64,000 nucleotides of DNA from an uncultured Fulvivirga sp. (GTDB lineage Bacteria > Bacteroidota > Bacteroidia > Cytophagales > Cyclobacteriaceae): NCBI GenBank assembly GCA_947500555.1, contig CANMSE010000006.1, forward strand, positions 66,388 through 130,387. The letters run 5' to 3'. The translations under genes were made by a program, and so were the position numbers. Of the stretch, positions 10,359-19,107 are shown piece by piece. The notes beneath the pieces are model-generated. The model was not told where the DNA came from and ran no database searches. It saw nothing but the letters and a program-made list of their open reading frames with translations. Within the stretch, counting starts at the first letter, position 1. Every line of letters begins with the position of its first letter.

Positions 10359-10432
10359 ATATCAGGTTGAGCTTGTCGAAAATTTACCTTTACTAGTCCG
10401 AGGTTTCGACAAGCTCAACCTGATATTTTTTT
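10359..10432. terminator. 23-bp perfect inverted repeat plus T-run (terminator-like; member of the TTGAGCTTGTCGAAA repeat family)
   Basis: atatcaggttgagcttgtcgaaa (10359-10381) pairs perfectly with tttcgacaagctcaacctgatat (10404-10426), followed by a T-run. Lies between convergent genes. Confidence 0.65.
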
Positions 10433-10460
10433 GGTTTGGGACAACTTACTGTTACATCAT

Positions 10461-10766
10461 CTATAGTGCAATGACAGAATTCTCTTCCGGAGAAACACCA
10501 GAGTTCACGTAGGCATCTGCTGCCCAATCATTTTCCCAATTCTTACCATCAATCAGATATCTGAACTGATAAGAATTGTCAACAGGAAGTTCAACGGTTG
10601 CTTTGAACTCACCGCTTTTCAACTTCTTCATTTCGATACCTTTTTTCCAGGAGGTAAAGTCACCAACTACTTTTACTTTCTTAGCTTCAGGTGCAGCTTC
10701 TGCAGGAAGACTAAGTGTAACCTTAGCTACAGGTTTACTTTTAAGATACTGTTTCTTGATTGCCAT
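10461..10766 (-). CDS. Early-set / CBM48 (AMPK-beta glycogen-binding-like) domain protein
   Basis: VKVVGDFTSWKKGIEMKKL...YQFRYLIDGKNWENDWAADAY. I prefer the internal ATG at 10766 (MAIKKQYLK) to the track start at 10841. Confidence 0.75.
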   Translation of the reverse strand: MAIKKQYLKSKPVAKVTLSLPAEAAPEAKKVKVVGDFTSWKKGIEMKKLKSGEFKATVELPVDNSYQFRYLIDGKNWENDWAADAYVNSGVSPEENSVIAL

Positions 10767-10927
10767 AATTATCAATATTTGATGCAAAGCAAGAAAAATT
10801 AAATGCGATAAATAAACATTATTATTTAAAAATTTCTGCAAACGATTGGGGGAACGATTTCAATTTTACCTCACTTGTTGTCGCCTTCATCCATGAACTA
10901 TAAATACAAAGTATTTAACTTAGATAT

Positions 10928-12004
10928 ATGCTAAGGATCAATCTGATTTTAGTATTTATTTTGTTTGCTGCCAGTCAATTGACAGGTCAAAACCCTGCTT
11001 TTTTTGGACTAAAAAGTCACTATGGATTTATAATTCCTCATTCATCAGAGCTTAAGAACATATCCAATTCAAACCCATGGGGCCTCCAAATAGAATACAG
11101 TAAATTAAAGCTTGATCAAAAGTCTTGGGATAAGTGCAACTGCTACGCACAAACAGGCCTTTCGTTCACATATTTCAATTTTCAGAACCCTTCGCAATTG
11201 GGCAGTAGTTATAACCTGGTATATTTTGCTGAGCCACTGCTTACATATAAAAAAAAGTTGTTTTACAGTTTTAGAGTAGGTATCGGTGTAAGCTACCTTG
11301 ATACTATATTTGACCTTGAGACCAATCCGGAAAATACTTTTTTCGGATCTTCATTGAGCTTCCTACTATTGACGAACTTTAATATTAATTATAGGTTGTC
11401 ACCAAGATATATAATTAGTGCTACAGCCAATTATAATCATATATCCAATGGAGGTTCCAAACAACCGAATAAAGGCATGAATTTTCCGACCTTTGGAATT
11501 GGCTTTAGTTATTCCCCGGAAAATTATTCCATTGAAGAAAGATCAAAGAATAGCTTACAAAAAGGTCAATTGAAAGGTTACGCTCGTTTGTTTGGGACAA
11601 TGCCCGAGGTGTCAAATGAAGATATAGAAGCAAATGAACGAAAACTACTCATAGGTTTGACAGGCGGTGCTTTGTATTATCTTACTCATACCAACGCTAT
11701 AAATTTAGGGGTTGAATTGATCAATAATCAGGCAATCAAAGCAGAGTCTTATATGAGTAATCAATCTTATGACCACAAACTGGTTGCATTAACTCTGGGA
11801 CATAATTTTGTTTTTGGTAAAATAACGTTTAACCAACAAATGGGCTGGTACCTTTATAAACCATTCCCTTCCTCCAACAAACACCTCTTCCAAAGGTATG
11901 AGCTGCTATACCAACTTGGGCAACGTTATCAGGTCGGCACCTCATTAAAAGCTCATGGAAGTGTGGCAGAGAATTTTGATATCAGGTTTGGTATTACATT
12001 TTAA
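10928..12004 (+). CDS. Outer-membrane protein, possibly acyloxyacyl hydrolase (PagL-like)
   Basis: Signal peptide and beta-rich sequence ending in F. GLKSHYGFIIPHS resembles Bacteroidota proteins annotated as acyloxyacyl hydrolase. Assignment is from memory only. Confidence 0.45.
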   Translation: MLRINLILVFILFAASQLTGQNPAFFGLKSHYGFIIPHSSELKNISNSNPWGLQIEYSKLKLDQKSWDKCNCYAQTGLSFTYFNFQNPSQLGSSYNLVYFAEPLLTYKKKLFYSFRVGIGVSYLDTIFDLETNPENTFFGSSLSFLLLTNFNINYRLSPRYIISATANYNHISNGGSKQPNKGMNFPTFGIGFSYSPENYSIEERSKNSLQKGQLKGYARLFGTMPEVSNEDIEANERKLLIGLTGGALYYLTHTNAINLGVELINNQAIKAESYMSNQSYDHKLVALTLGHNFVFGKITFNQQMGWYLYKPFPSSNKHLFQRYELLYQLGQRYQVGTSLKAHGSVAENFDIRFGITF

Positions 12005-12021
12005 CTCTATAGTTACTATTG

Positions 12022-14676
12022 CTACTCATACTTCAACGTTTTAGAAGGACTAGAATAAGCTGCCTTAACACCATGGTAGGTTACTGTGAGGATTGCAATT
12101 GACAAGCCTAAAAAGAATGTTATAACGTAAAGTTGCCAGTTCATTTCAACTCTAAATTCAAAATCAGATAGCCACCAATTATTCATAAAGTACGAGGCTA
12201 AAGGTGCAGCAAAGGCAAATGAAATTAATGCCAGTGTCACAAATTGACGATTGAGTAAAATGAAAATATTAATGATAGGAGCACCAAATACTTTTCTTAT
12301 ACCAATTTCTTTCGTTCTATTTACTGCGTTGATACCTGCTAAACCAAACAAGCCTAGCCCCGATATGAGTATTGCAAAAAAGGTAGCCAATGTCATTATC
12401 TTCATCCACCGCTGAAATGAAGCATATTGTGCATCTACGTCTTGATCCAGAAAACTATATTCAAATGGTTTATCCGGTACCATCTCTCTATATGTACTTT
12501 CAATCTTGCTAAGTGATTGGGACATATCATCAGATTTTAGCTTAATAAGAATATCGGTTAGATGCCCCACTTCTTTTCTATCAATAGAAAGAAACATGGG
12601 CTCTATAGATCGTTCTAACGACCTAAAATGATAGTCTTTCACAACTCCAATAATTTTATAACCTGGCCCGACACTATCCTCACGCCAATTCAGATGCTCG
12701 TCTAAAGGGCTATCCCAACCCATGTCTTTCGCTAAGGCTTCGTTAATAATTAAAGATGCAGTATCAGAAACAATGGCTGAGTTGAAATTGCGCCCTTCTT
12801 TTATTTCAATACCTAAAGCTTCCAGATAATAAGGATCAACCGACCATACATAAGCAGACTTGTTATCATCATCTATGGTGTAACCGTATCTGGACCAACC
12901 TTGTGTAAAAGAGTTACTGACCCCCGCTACCGAAATGATATCAGTATCGGCAATTAATGCATTTCGCATTCTCTCAACCGCCTGGTCTGATTCACTATCC
13001 CAACCCATTTGTGTAGGCACAACCAAAACCTGCTCTTTATCAAACCCCAGGTCTTTGGTGGTTACGTAGTTCATTTGTTCGTACATCACAAAAGCCGAAA
13101 TGATCAATATGGATGATAAGGTGAACTGTAAAAGCACAAGAGGTTTCGCTACACTAGCCTTTAATTTAGTACTGGAACCACCCTTTAGTGCCAAAGCAGG
13201 ATTAAACGAGGATAAAAAAAGTGATGGGTAGCTTCCCGCTATTATTCCTATCACCAAAGAGATTATAGAACCAATACCAATCAACTCTATTATTAAAACG
13301 GCATTCAATTCTATGGCTTTATTGGTAAACTCATTAAATGTTGGAAGACAAATGAGCATAAATAGTATACCCAATAACATAGAAGCAAAAGCCAATATGA
13401 TTGACTCAAATGAAAATTGATAGATCAATTGTGATCGGTTGGCTCCAATAGATTTTCTTACACCCACCTCTGTCTTACGAAGGGCAGAAGTTGTTAAAGC
13501 AAGTGAAACATAGTTTATTGAAGCTATACAAATTATCAAAATAGCCAACCCTCCAAGAATAATGGAGTATTGCGGATCACTCACTTTATACCAATCAACT
13601 TTATGATTAAGGTGTATATCTTTTAGGTTGGTAGTTCTGTATTCAAATTGGATGACATTTTCCGGAATATTGTAACGAGCTTGAGTTCGCTTCATACTTT
13701 CCTCCATGTATTTATCTCTAATACCCTGAAGGTTTATCTTAAATTGCTCAAAATCTGAACCTGACCTAAGCTGTACAAAAGTTGGCGTACTAAAATTACC
13801 CCAGTTCTCCATCGATTGTTGATACCGACTTTTATTCTCTTGCGGAATTAAAATGTTATAATTAAGACTTGAATTTGCGGGAGCATTTTGAATGACTCCC
13901 ACCACTTCAAATTCTTTCTCGCCTTCTATATCAATTTGAATTGTTTGACCAATAGGGTCAGCTTCAAAGTATTTGTTTGCTATTTCTTCATTAATAACGG
14001 CATGATGCTTTTGGGTAAGAAATTGATCACTGTTACCTGAAATCACTTCAAAAGAAAACATTTTAAAAAAATCGTTATCTGCATACCCAACATCTTCACC
14101 CACGACTTTTTCACCAATTTTAATAACTTTCGAATAACCCTCGTTGAATCTTGTTGCATATTCTACCTCACCCAACTCATCTTTCAGAACTGGCGCCAGT
14201 CCTAACTGCATGTAAGCTGATTGCATGTAAGGATCATTCGGATCGGGGTTCCAGGCTTTATAGGCAAATTCCTCTATTCGATAAATTCTGTCACCGTTGA
14301 CATGAAATAAGTCAAAGCTGTTTTCATCTTTAATAAAAAGATATATCAGAATGCTAAAAGCTAGACCAATACTCAGACCGAAAGCATTGATGAACGTGAA
14401 TAATTTTCGCTTGACCATATTTCGCCTTGCTGTTTTTAAATAATTAGAGACCATAATTGTGTTGTTTGTATTGAGTTTTAAATTATTTCGAAGCAATATC
14501 CCAGGTCGTAGAAACCGTAAAGCATTCCAAAAGTAATTCCTTCTGGCTTTTTTGGTTCCATATCTATCAACATCATCAACGAACTGCTCTTCAAGATCTC
14601 CCGCAATACCTTCCCAAAGGTAATCCGGGCACAATCTTGACAACAGATTATAAACATACTTGGGAGGTTCTGTCAT
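12022..14676 (-). CDS. MacB/FtsX-type ABC transporter permease with N-terminal cytoplasmic prefix domain
   Basis: 884 aa. Two FtsX-like 4-TM modules separated by large periplasmic regions. About 75 extra N-terminal residues (GDLEEQF...RFLRPG). Overlaps the PadR gene by 4 nt. Confidence 0.85.
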   Translation of the reverse strand: MTEPPKYVYNLLSRLCPDYLWEGIAGDLEEQFVDDVDRYGTKKARRNYFWNALRFLRPGILLRNNLKLNTNNTIMVSNYLKTARRNMVKRKLFTFINAFGLSIGLAFSILIYLFIKDENSFDLFHVNGDRIYRIEEFAYKAWNPDPNDPYMQSAYMQLGLAPVLKDELGEVEYATRFNEGYSKVIKIGEKVVGEDVGYADNDFFKMFSFEVISGNSDQFLTQKHHAVINEEIANKYFEADPIGQTIQIDIEGEKEFEVVGVIQNAPANSSLNYNILIPQENKSRYQQSMENWGNFSTPTFVQLRSGSDFEQFKINLQGIRDKYMEESMKRTQARYNIPENVIQFEYRTTNLKDIHLNHKVDWYKVSDPQYSIILGGLAILIICIASINYVSLALTTSALRKTEVGVRKSIGANRSQLIYQFSFESIILAFASMLLGILFMLICLPTFNEFTNKAIELNAVLIIELIGIGSIISLVIGIIAGSYPSLFLSSFNPALALKGGSSTKLKASVAKPLVLLQFTLSSILIISAFVMYEQMNYVTTKDLGFDKEQVLVVPTQMGWDSESDQAVERMRNALIADTDIISVAGVSNSFTQGWSRYGYTIDDDNKSAYVWSVDPYYLEALGIEIKEGRNFNSAIVSDTASLIINEALAKDMGWDSPLDEHLNWREDSVGPGYKIIGVVKDYHFRSLERSIEPMFLSIDRKEVGHLTDILIKLKSDDMSQSLSKIESTYREMVPDKPFEYSFLDQDVDAQYASFQRWMKIMTLATFFAILISGLGLFGLAGINAVNRTKEIGIRKVFGAPIINIFILLNRQFVTLALISFAFAAPLASYFMNNWWLSDFEFRVEMNWQLYVITFFLGLSIAILTVTYHGVKAAYSSPSKTLKYE

Positions 14677-15005
14677 AAGCCAATAGCTTTCAGTTCAGGA
14701 ATGAGCTTCCATAATTTCATTCTTTGTTGTTGAATGGACTGAAGAACTTTGATTCCAGCAGAAGTGACCTCAAAATATCTCTTTCTTCTACCGCCCCTTT
14801 CATTAGTAGCTCCACCCATAAAGGATTTAACGAGGCCCTTATCTTCAAGTCTATAAAGGGTGACATGTACAGCACTTAAGTTAACCTTACGATCTAACTG
14901 ACTTTTAACTTCATTCACTATGGCATTTCCATAAGCCTCTTCTTTCAGCACACCAACCATAGTGAGAATGAGCTCTTCGAATTCACCCAAATAAATTGAT
15001 CCCAT
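14673..15005 (-). CDS. PadR-family transcriptional regulator
   Basis: LGEFEELILTMVGVL...AYGNAIVNEV...VHVTLYRLEDKGLV is a winged-helix PadR signature. Confidence 0.9.
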   Translation of the reverse strand: MGSIYLGEFEELILTMVGVLKEEAYGNAIVNEVKSQLDRKVNLSAVHVTLYRLEDKGLVKSFMGGATNERGGRRKRYFEVTSAGIKVLQSIQQQRMKLWKLIPELKAIGL

Positions 15006-15008
15006 ATC

Positions 15009-15067
15009 TATTTCTATATGAATTGTAAAACAAATATATTGATTTCTATATTAATTGTAAAAGAAAT
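15009..15067. promoter_or_regulatory. Tandem 27-nt direct repeat directly upstream of padR (candidate operator)
   Basis: tatttctatatgaattgtaaaacaaat (15009-15035) and gatttctatattaattgtaaaagaaat (15041-15067), 32-nt period. The second unit is flanked by inverted atttct / agaaat. Confidence 0.4.
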
Positions 15068-15143
15068 GAAGTACTCGCTGTCAGTGACGATTCAAAAGAA
15101 GTTTAAGACTACTGATGTTAAGGCTCGTGAGGATTAAAAACTG

Positions 15144-16061
15144 TTACTTACTTGCATTGAAAAGCTTTTGCTTTTCTTCCTTGGTCAGGCTTTCATAGCC
15201 CTTTTCAGAGATTTTATCTAAGATAGCATCTATCTCTTCCTGGCTTGAAGTAGGCTTGCTGGATTTAGAAGTGGTACCAAAGGCGCTAGACTTTGAGCTG
15301 CTTGTAGCCTTTCTATGACTCACCTTTATTTTTGGAGATCTGACAAAAAAGCTCTTAAAAAAGTTCATGATGCTAATGATCCATTTACCCCAGTCACTTC
15401 CTTTTTGAAGGTTGACAATATGCAAGTAACCGATAAATGCTCCTCCAAGGTGAGCAATATTCCCTCCTGCATTACCTCCTACCGAACCAAGAAAAGACAA
15501 AACAATATAGAACCCAGCTATATACTTGATCTTAACCGGCCCAATAAATAATAAATGAAACGTATAATTAGGTAACAGTGTAGCAGCCGCTACAACTACG
15601 GCATAGACAGCGGCAGAAGCACCTACCATGCCGCTGAAACCTGAACGTTCTATGTAAAAGGGCACCAGATTATAAACAAGTAAGTAGGCCATACTCCCAG
15701 CTAAGGCACCCAGGACATAAAGTATGATTACCCTGTCGCTGCCCAGATATTCTATAATGAGCCTGGAGAACCAATAGAAGACCAACATATTAAATAGAAT
15801 ATGAAAGATATCTGTAAGGCTATGTGCAAAAGCGTAAGTAATTAAGGTCCATGGCCTCAATAGAAACTCACTAAAAACAGGTGGGATACTAAATTGGTCG
15901 TATACAAAACTGAATATACCCTGCAATCCAAATAACGATGACAGCACATTTAGAACGGCCAGAAATAGAAATACCACAACATTGATAATGATCAGTTGTG
16001 TATGCGCACTATTTGGCCTGTTAAAGGCATTTTTAAAATCGTCTTTTATACTTCCGTACAT
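15144..16061 (-). CDS. Rhomboid-family intramembrane serine protease
   Basis: Multi-TM protein with GASAAVYA (GxSG-like) and AHLGGAFIG (catalytic His region). Confidence 0.85.
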   Translation of the reverse strand: MYGSIKDDFKNAFNRPNSAHTQLIIINVVVFLFLAVLNVLSSLFGLQGIFSFVYDQFSIPPVFSEFLLRPWTLITYAFAHSLTDIFHILFNMLVFYWFSRLIIEYLGSDRVIILYVLGALAGSMAYLLVYNLVPFYIERSGFSGMVGASAAVYAVVVAAATLLPNYTFHLLFIGPVKIKYIAGFYIVLSFLGSVGGNAGGNIAHLGGAFIGYLHIVNLQKGSDWGKWIISIMNFFKSFFVRSPKIKVSHRKATSSSKSSAFGTTSKSSKPTSSQEEIDAILDKISEKGYESLTKEEKQKLFNASK

Positions 16062-16067
16062 CTCTAC

Positions 16068-16862
16068 TTAATAAAACTTATTCCTGTCATTCTTCCAAAT
16101 CTGGATCATGATAAAAGCAAAAACCATCCCGCCTAAATGGGCGAAGTGAGCAGTCACATCACCAGCACTTCGGTTAAGCCCTGAATACAAGGCTATTCCA
16201 CCTAAAACCAATACCAGGTATTTTGCTTTCACGGGTATTGGAGGAAATAGTAACATTAGCTCTGTATTAGGGAATAACAAACCAAATGCCATTAATATTC
16301 CATAGATTGCTCCCGATGCTCCCAACATCGACCCATAATTGTGTTTTTCGTTGTATAACTTTCTTGCGTATGACTTACTTGTTTCCTCTAGCTGCTTGCT
16401 ATCAGGATTTTCAGCATAAAGCTCTATAAAATCATAAATTTCAGGATTAGCAGATTCTATATTTTCTACGATCAACCTATTAAACGCTTCAGGGTCTGGG
16501 TTGACTACATAATTTTCCACTGCGTTCTTTACCTTACTGACTTTTACATACTCTATTCCATTATAGAGCACTCCCGCGCCAATTCCCGTAATTAAATAAA
16601 AGATTAAAAACCTTTTTGGTCCCCAGAACTGCTCTAGCAAAGGCCCTAAGAACACCAGTCCCAGCATATTAAATAAAATATGGCCAAAGCCCCCATGTGC
16701 AAACATGTAAGTGAAAAATTGGTATGGCGCAAAATTCACTGAACCAAACTTCCATAATGACACCATTTCTGTGAAGTGAACACCCGACAGAAATTGCTGA
16801 AGAATAAAGAATACCACGTTTATAATCAGCAGGTTTTTAACAACCGGAGTAAGTCTAAGCAT
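16068..16862 (-). CDS. Rhomboid-family intramembrane serine protease
   Basis: HGGFGHILFNM, GASGAIYG and AHLGGMVFA motifs. In tandem with the previous rhomboid gene. Confidence 0.85.
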   Translation of the reverse strand: MLRLTPVVKNLLIINVVFFILQQFLSGVHFTEMVSLWKFGSVNFAPYQFFTYMFAHGGFGHILFNMLGLVFLGPLLEQFWGPKRFLIFYLITGIGAGVLYNGIEYVKVSKVKNAVENYVVNPDPEAFNRLIVENIESANPEIYDFIELYAENPDSKQLEETSKSYARKLYNEKHNYGSMLGASGAIYGILMAFGLLFPNTELMLLFPPIPVKAKYLVLVLGGIALYSGLNRSAGDVTAHFAHLGGMVFAFIMIQIWKNDRNKFY

Positions 16863-16867
16863 ATTCT

Positions 16868-18682
16868 TTAATTAAAGTAATTTTCAATAGTATTCATTTC
16901 CAAAATATGAAATGTAGATCGGCCATCAGGAGCATAATTCACGTTTTCGCATCCAAAAAGTTGATCAATCAACCGAGACATCTCTTCTTCGTTTAATTTA
17001 CTTCCTGATTTTAAACTGGTCCTTTTTGCAATAGATCTGGCCAAATTCTCCTTTTTCGGTAACGACAGTTCCACATTCTTTTTAAACTGATCTAACAGGC
17101 CTTCGAATATATCCTTTTCGTTACCAGCTCCCAAGTCTGCAGGAAGCCCTTTAATCAATACATCCGTTTTGCCAAATGGTTCAATAATAAATCCGAGAGC
17201 TTTTATATCAGCTTCCATTTCCATTACGAGGGCAAAGTCAGAAGGGTTTAGTGAAAGTGCCTGAGGAAATAAAGATTGTTGCGATGCTCCGGATTTTTGC
17301 TCCAGTAGCAGCAAATATTTTTCATATAAAATACGCTCATGAGCTGCTTGTTGATCGAGTATCATCATGCCAGATTTTACCTGAGCAATAATATATTTAT
17401 TGTGGAGCTGAATTATAGCTGTGGATCCTTCAAGCGGTTCCTCACTTTTATTATTGATTTGACTTCCGAAAGTTAGAGTTAGAGGTTGCTCATCTTTCTC
17501 TTCCAGTTGATCAATGGATATTTTCCCCTTGTTTTCGTCAAAAAGACGATCCCAGTTCTCAAGATTCGATTGCTCACGAGGTGAAGTAGTATTTTTAAAT
17601 TGACTGTAATTTTTATCCTTTATAGTTTCACGACTAGAAGCAATCTGTTTGCCTAAATTGATGTCGGCACTAAAATCCAAAGCTGGAGTGATGTGGTGCG
17701 TTGCCAGAGCTTGCTTCACTGCCGCTCTCACCACCGCGTAGGTAGTACGCTCATCATCAAACTTAATCTCCGTTTTTGTTGGATGCACATTAATATCAAT
17801 GTGCTTAGGGTCTATAGTTATGAACAGTACATAAAAAGGAAAACTACCTTCTTCAATTAGACCTTGAAAGGCATTAGAAATAGCATGATTCAGATAGTTA
17901 CTTTTAATGAAACGATTGTTTACAAAAAAGAACTGCTCCCCCCTGGTCTTTCTAGCAAAGTCAGGTTTACCGACATAGCCATGAATTTGAATATGGTCGA
18001 TACTTTCAGAACAGGCCACCAACTGCTGCTGATAATTCTTTCCGAATAGATGGACAATACGTTGACTTAACTTTCCTGCTGGTAAGTTGTAAGTTTCAAT
18101 ATCATTTTGGTACAATGAAAATCCTATTTCTGAATTAGCCATTGCTACACGTTGAAACTCATCAACGATGTGCTTCATTTCTACCCCATTGGATTTTAGA
18201 AAATTGCGTCTCGCAGGAACATTATAAAACAGATTTTTAATGCAAATACTTGTACCTACATCAGTTGCAGTAGGTTCTTGTTTTTTGACTTCTGAAGCCT
18301 CAATGATCAATAAACTCCCCAAATCATTTTCCGGTAAACGTGTTTTTATCTCCATTTGAGATACAGCCGCCATAGAAGCCAGTGCCTCACCTCTAAACCC
18401 TAATGTTTTAATTGAGAAAAGGTCCTCACTTTTTGAAAGTTTGGAGGTAGCATGCCGTTCGAGACTCATGCGTGCGTCCGTTTCAGACATCCCTTTCCCA
18501 TTATCAATCACCTGAATAAGTGCCTTACCAGCGTCTTTAACAATAAGCTTTATATAAGTTGCCCCGGCATCTACAGCATTTTCCAATAACTCTTTAACCG
18601 CAGAAGATGGCCGCTGTACTACCTCACCTGCAGCAATCTGGTTGGCAAGTGAATCTGGAAGCAATTTTATGATATCCGGCAT
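16868..18682 (-). CDS. mutL: DNA mismatch repair protein MutL
   Basis: LPDSLANQIAAGEVVQRPSSAVKELLENAVDAGA and DNGKGM are GHKL ATPase motifs of MutL. 604 aa. Confidence 0.95.
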   Translation of the reverse strand: MPDIIKLLPDSLANQIAAGEVVQRPSSAVKELLENAVDAGATYIKLIVKDAGKALIQVIDNGKGMSETDARMSLERHATSKLSKSEDLFSIKTLGFRGEALASMAAVSQMEIKTRLPENDLGSLLIIEASEVKKQEPTATDVGTSICIKNLFYNVPARRNFLKSNGVEMKHIVDEFQRVAMANSEIGFSLYQNDIETYNLPAGKLSQRIVHLFGKNYQQQLVACSESIDHIQIHGYVGKPDFARKTRGEQFFFVNNRFIKSNYLNHAISNAFQGLIEEGSFPFYVLFITIDPKHIDINVHPTKTEIKFDDERTTYAVVRAAVKQALATHHITPALDFSADINLGKQIASSRETIKDKNYSQFKNTTSPREQSNLENWDRLFDENKGKISIDQLEEKDEQPLTLTFGSQINNKSEEPLEGSTAIIQLHNKYIIAQVKSGMMILDQQAAHERILYEKYLLLLEQKSGASQQSLFPQALSLNPSDFALVMEMEADIKALGFIIEPFGKTDVLIKGLPADLGAGNEKDIFEGLLDQFKKNVELSLPKKENLARSIAKRTSLKSGSKLNEEEMSRLIDQLFGCENVNYAPDGRSTFHILEMNTIENYFN

Positions 18683-19030
18683 CTAAATCCTTCTCCTCAT
18701 TTTCAGGTAGAGCAACAGACTTGAAACCGTAACGAAGATGTATAGAGCAACATTTCCCAGATAGATATAACCAAAAATTAAAAAGGCAAGGAGAACCATG
18801 ATTATGAGCTGCATAAAAGATGCAGAGCTTGTACCTTTAGAATTGGTTTTTCGAAATGCTCCTACTATTCTCGAAGCCCTATTCCCCGAAAACCCATCCT
18901 GTGCGGAACCAAGTTGGTTTTTCATTCTATTGGTACGCTCATCGATTTCTTCCTTTACAGGGTCGTAATAACGAGGCTCAATATTAAATCTCTGGTATCT
19001 TGGTGTTCTAAAAAGAGAAGGAATCTTCAT
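18683..19030 (-). CDS. Small membrane protein of unknown function
   Basis: ORF abuts the mutL start codon. Has a C-terminal hydrophobic hairpin. Confidence 0.5.
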   Translation of the reverse strand: MKIPSLFRTPRYQRFNIEPRYYDPVKEEIDERTNRMKNQLGSAQDGFSGNRASRIVGAFRKTNSKGTSSASFMQLIIMVLLAFLIFGYIYLGNVALYIFVTVSSLLLYLKMRRRI

Positions 19031-19107
19031 CCTTGCGATATAATTCGTTTAACTTCGTAGTATTACAAAACTACTCATTATTAGCGGCAATCATAAATTA
19101 CGACTGC

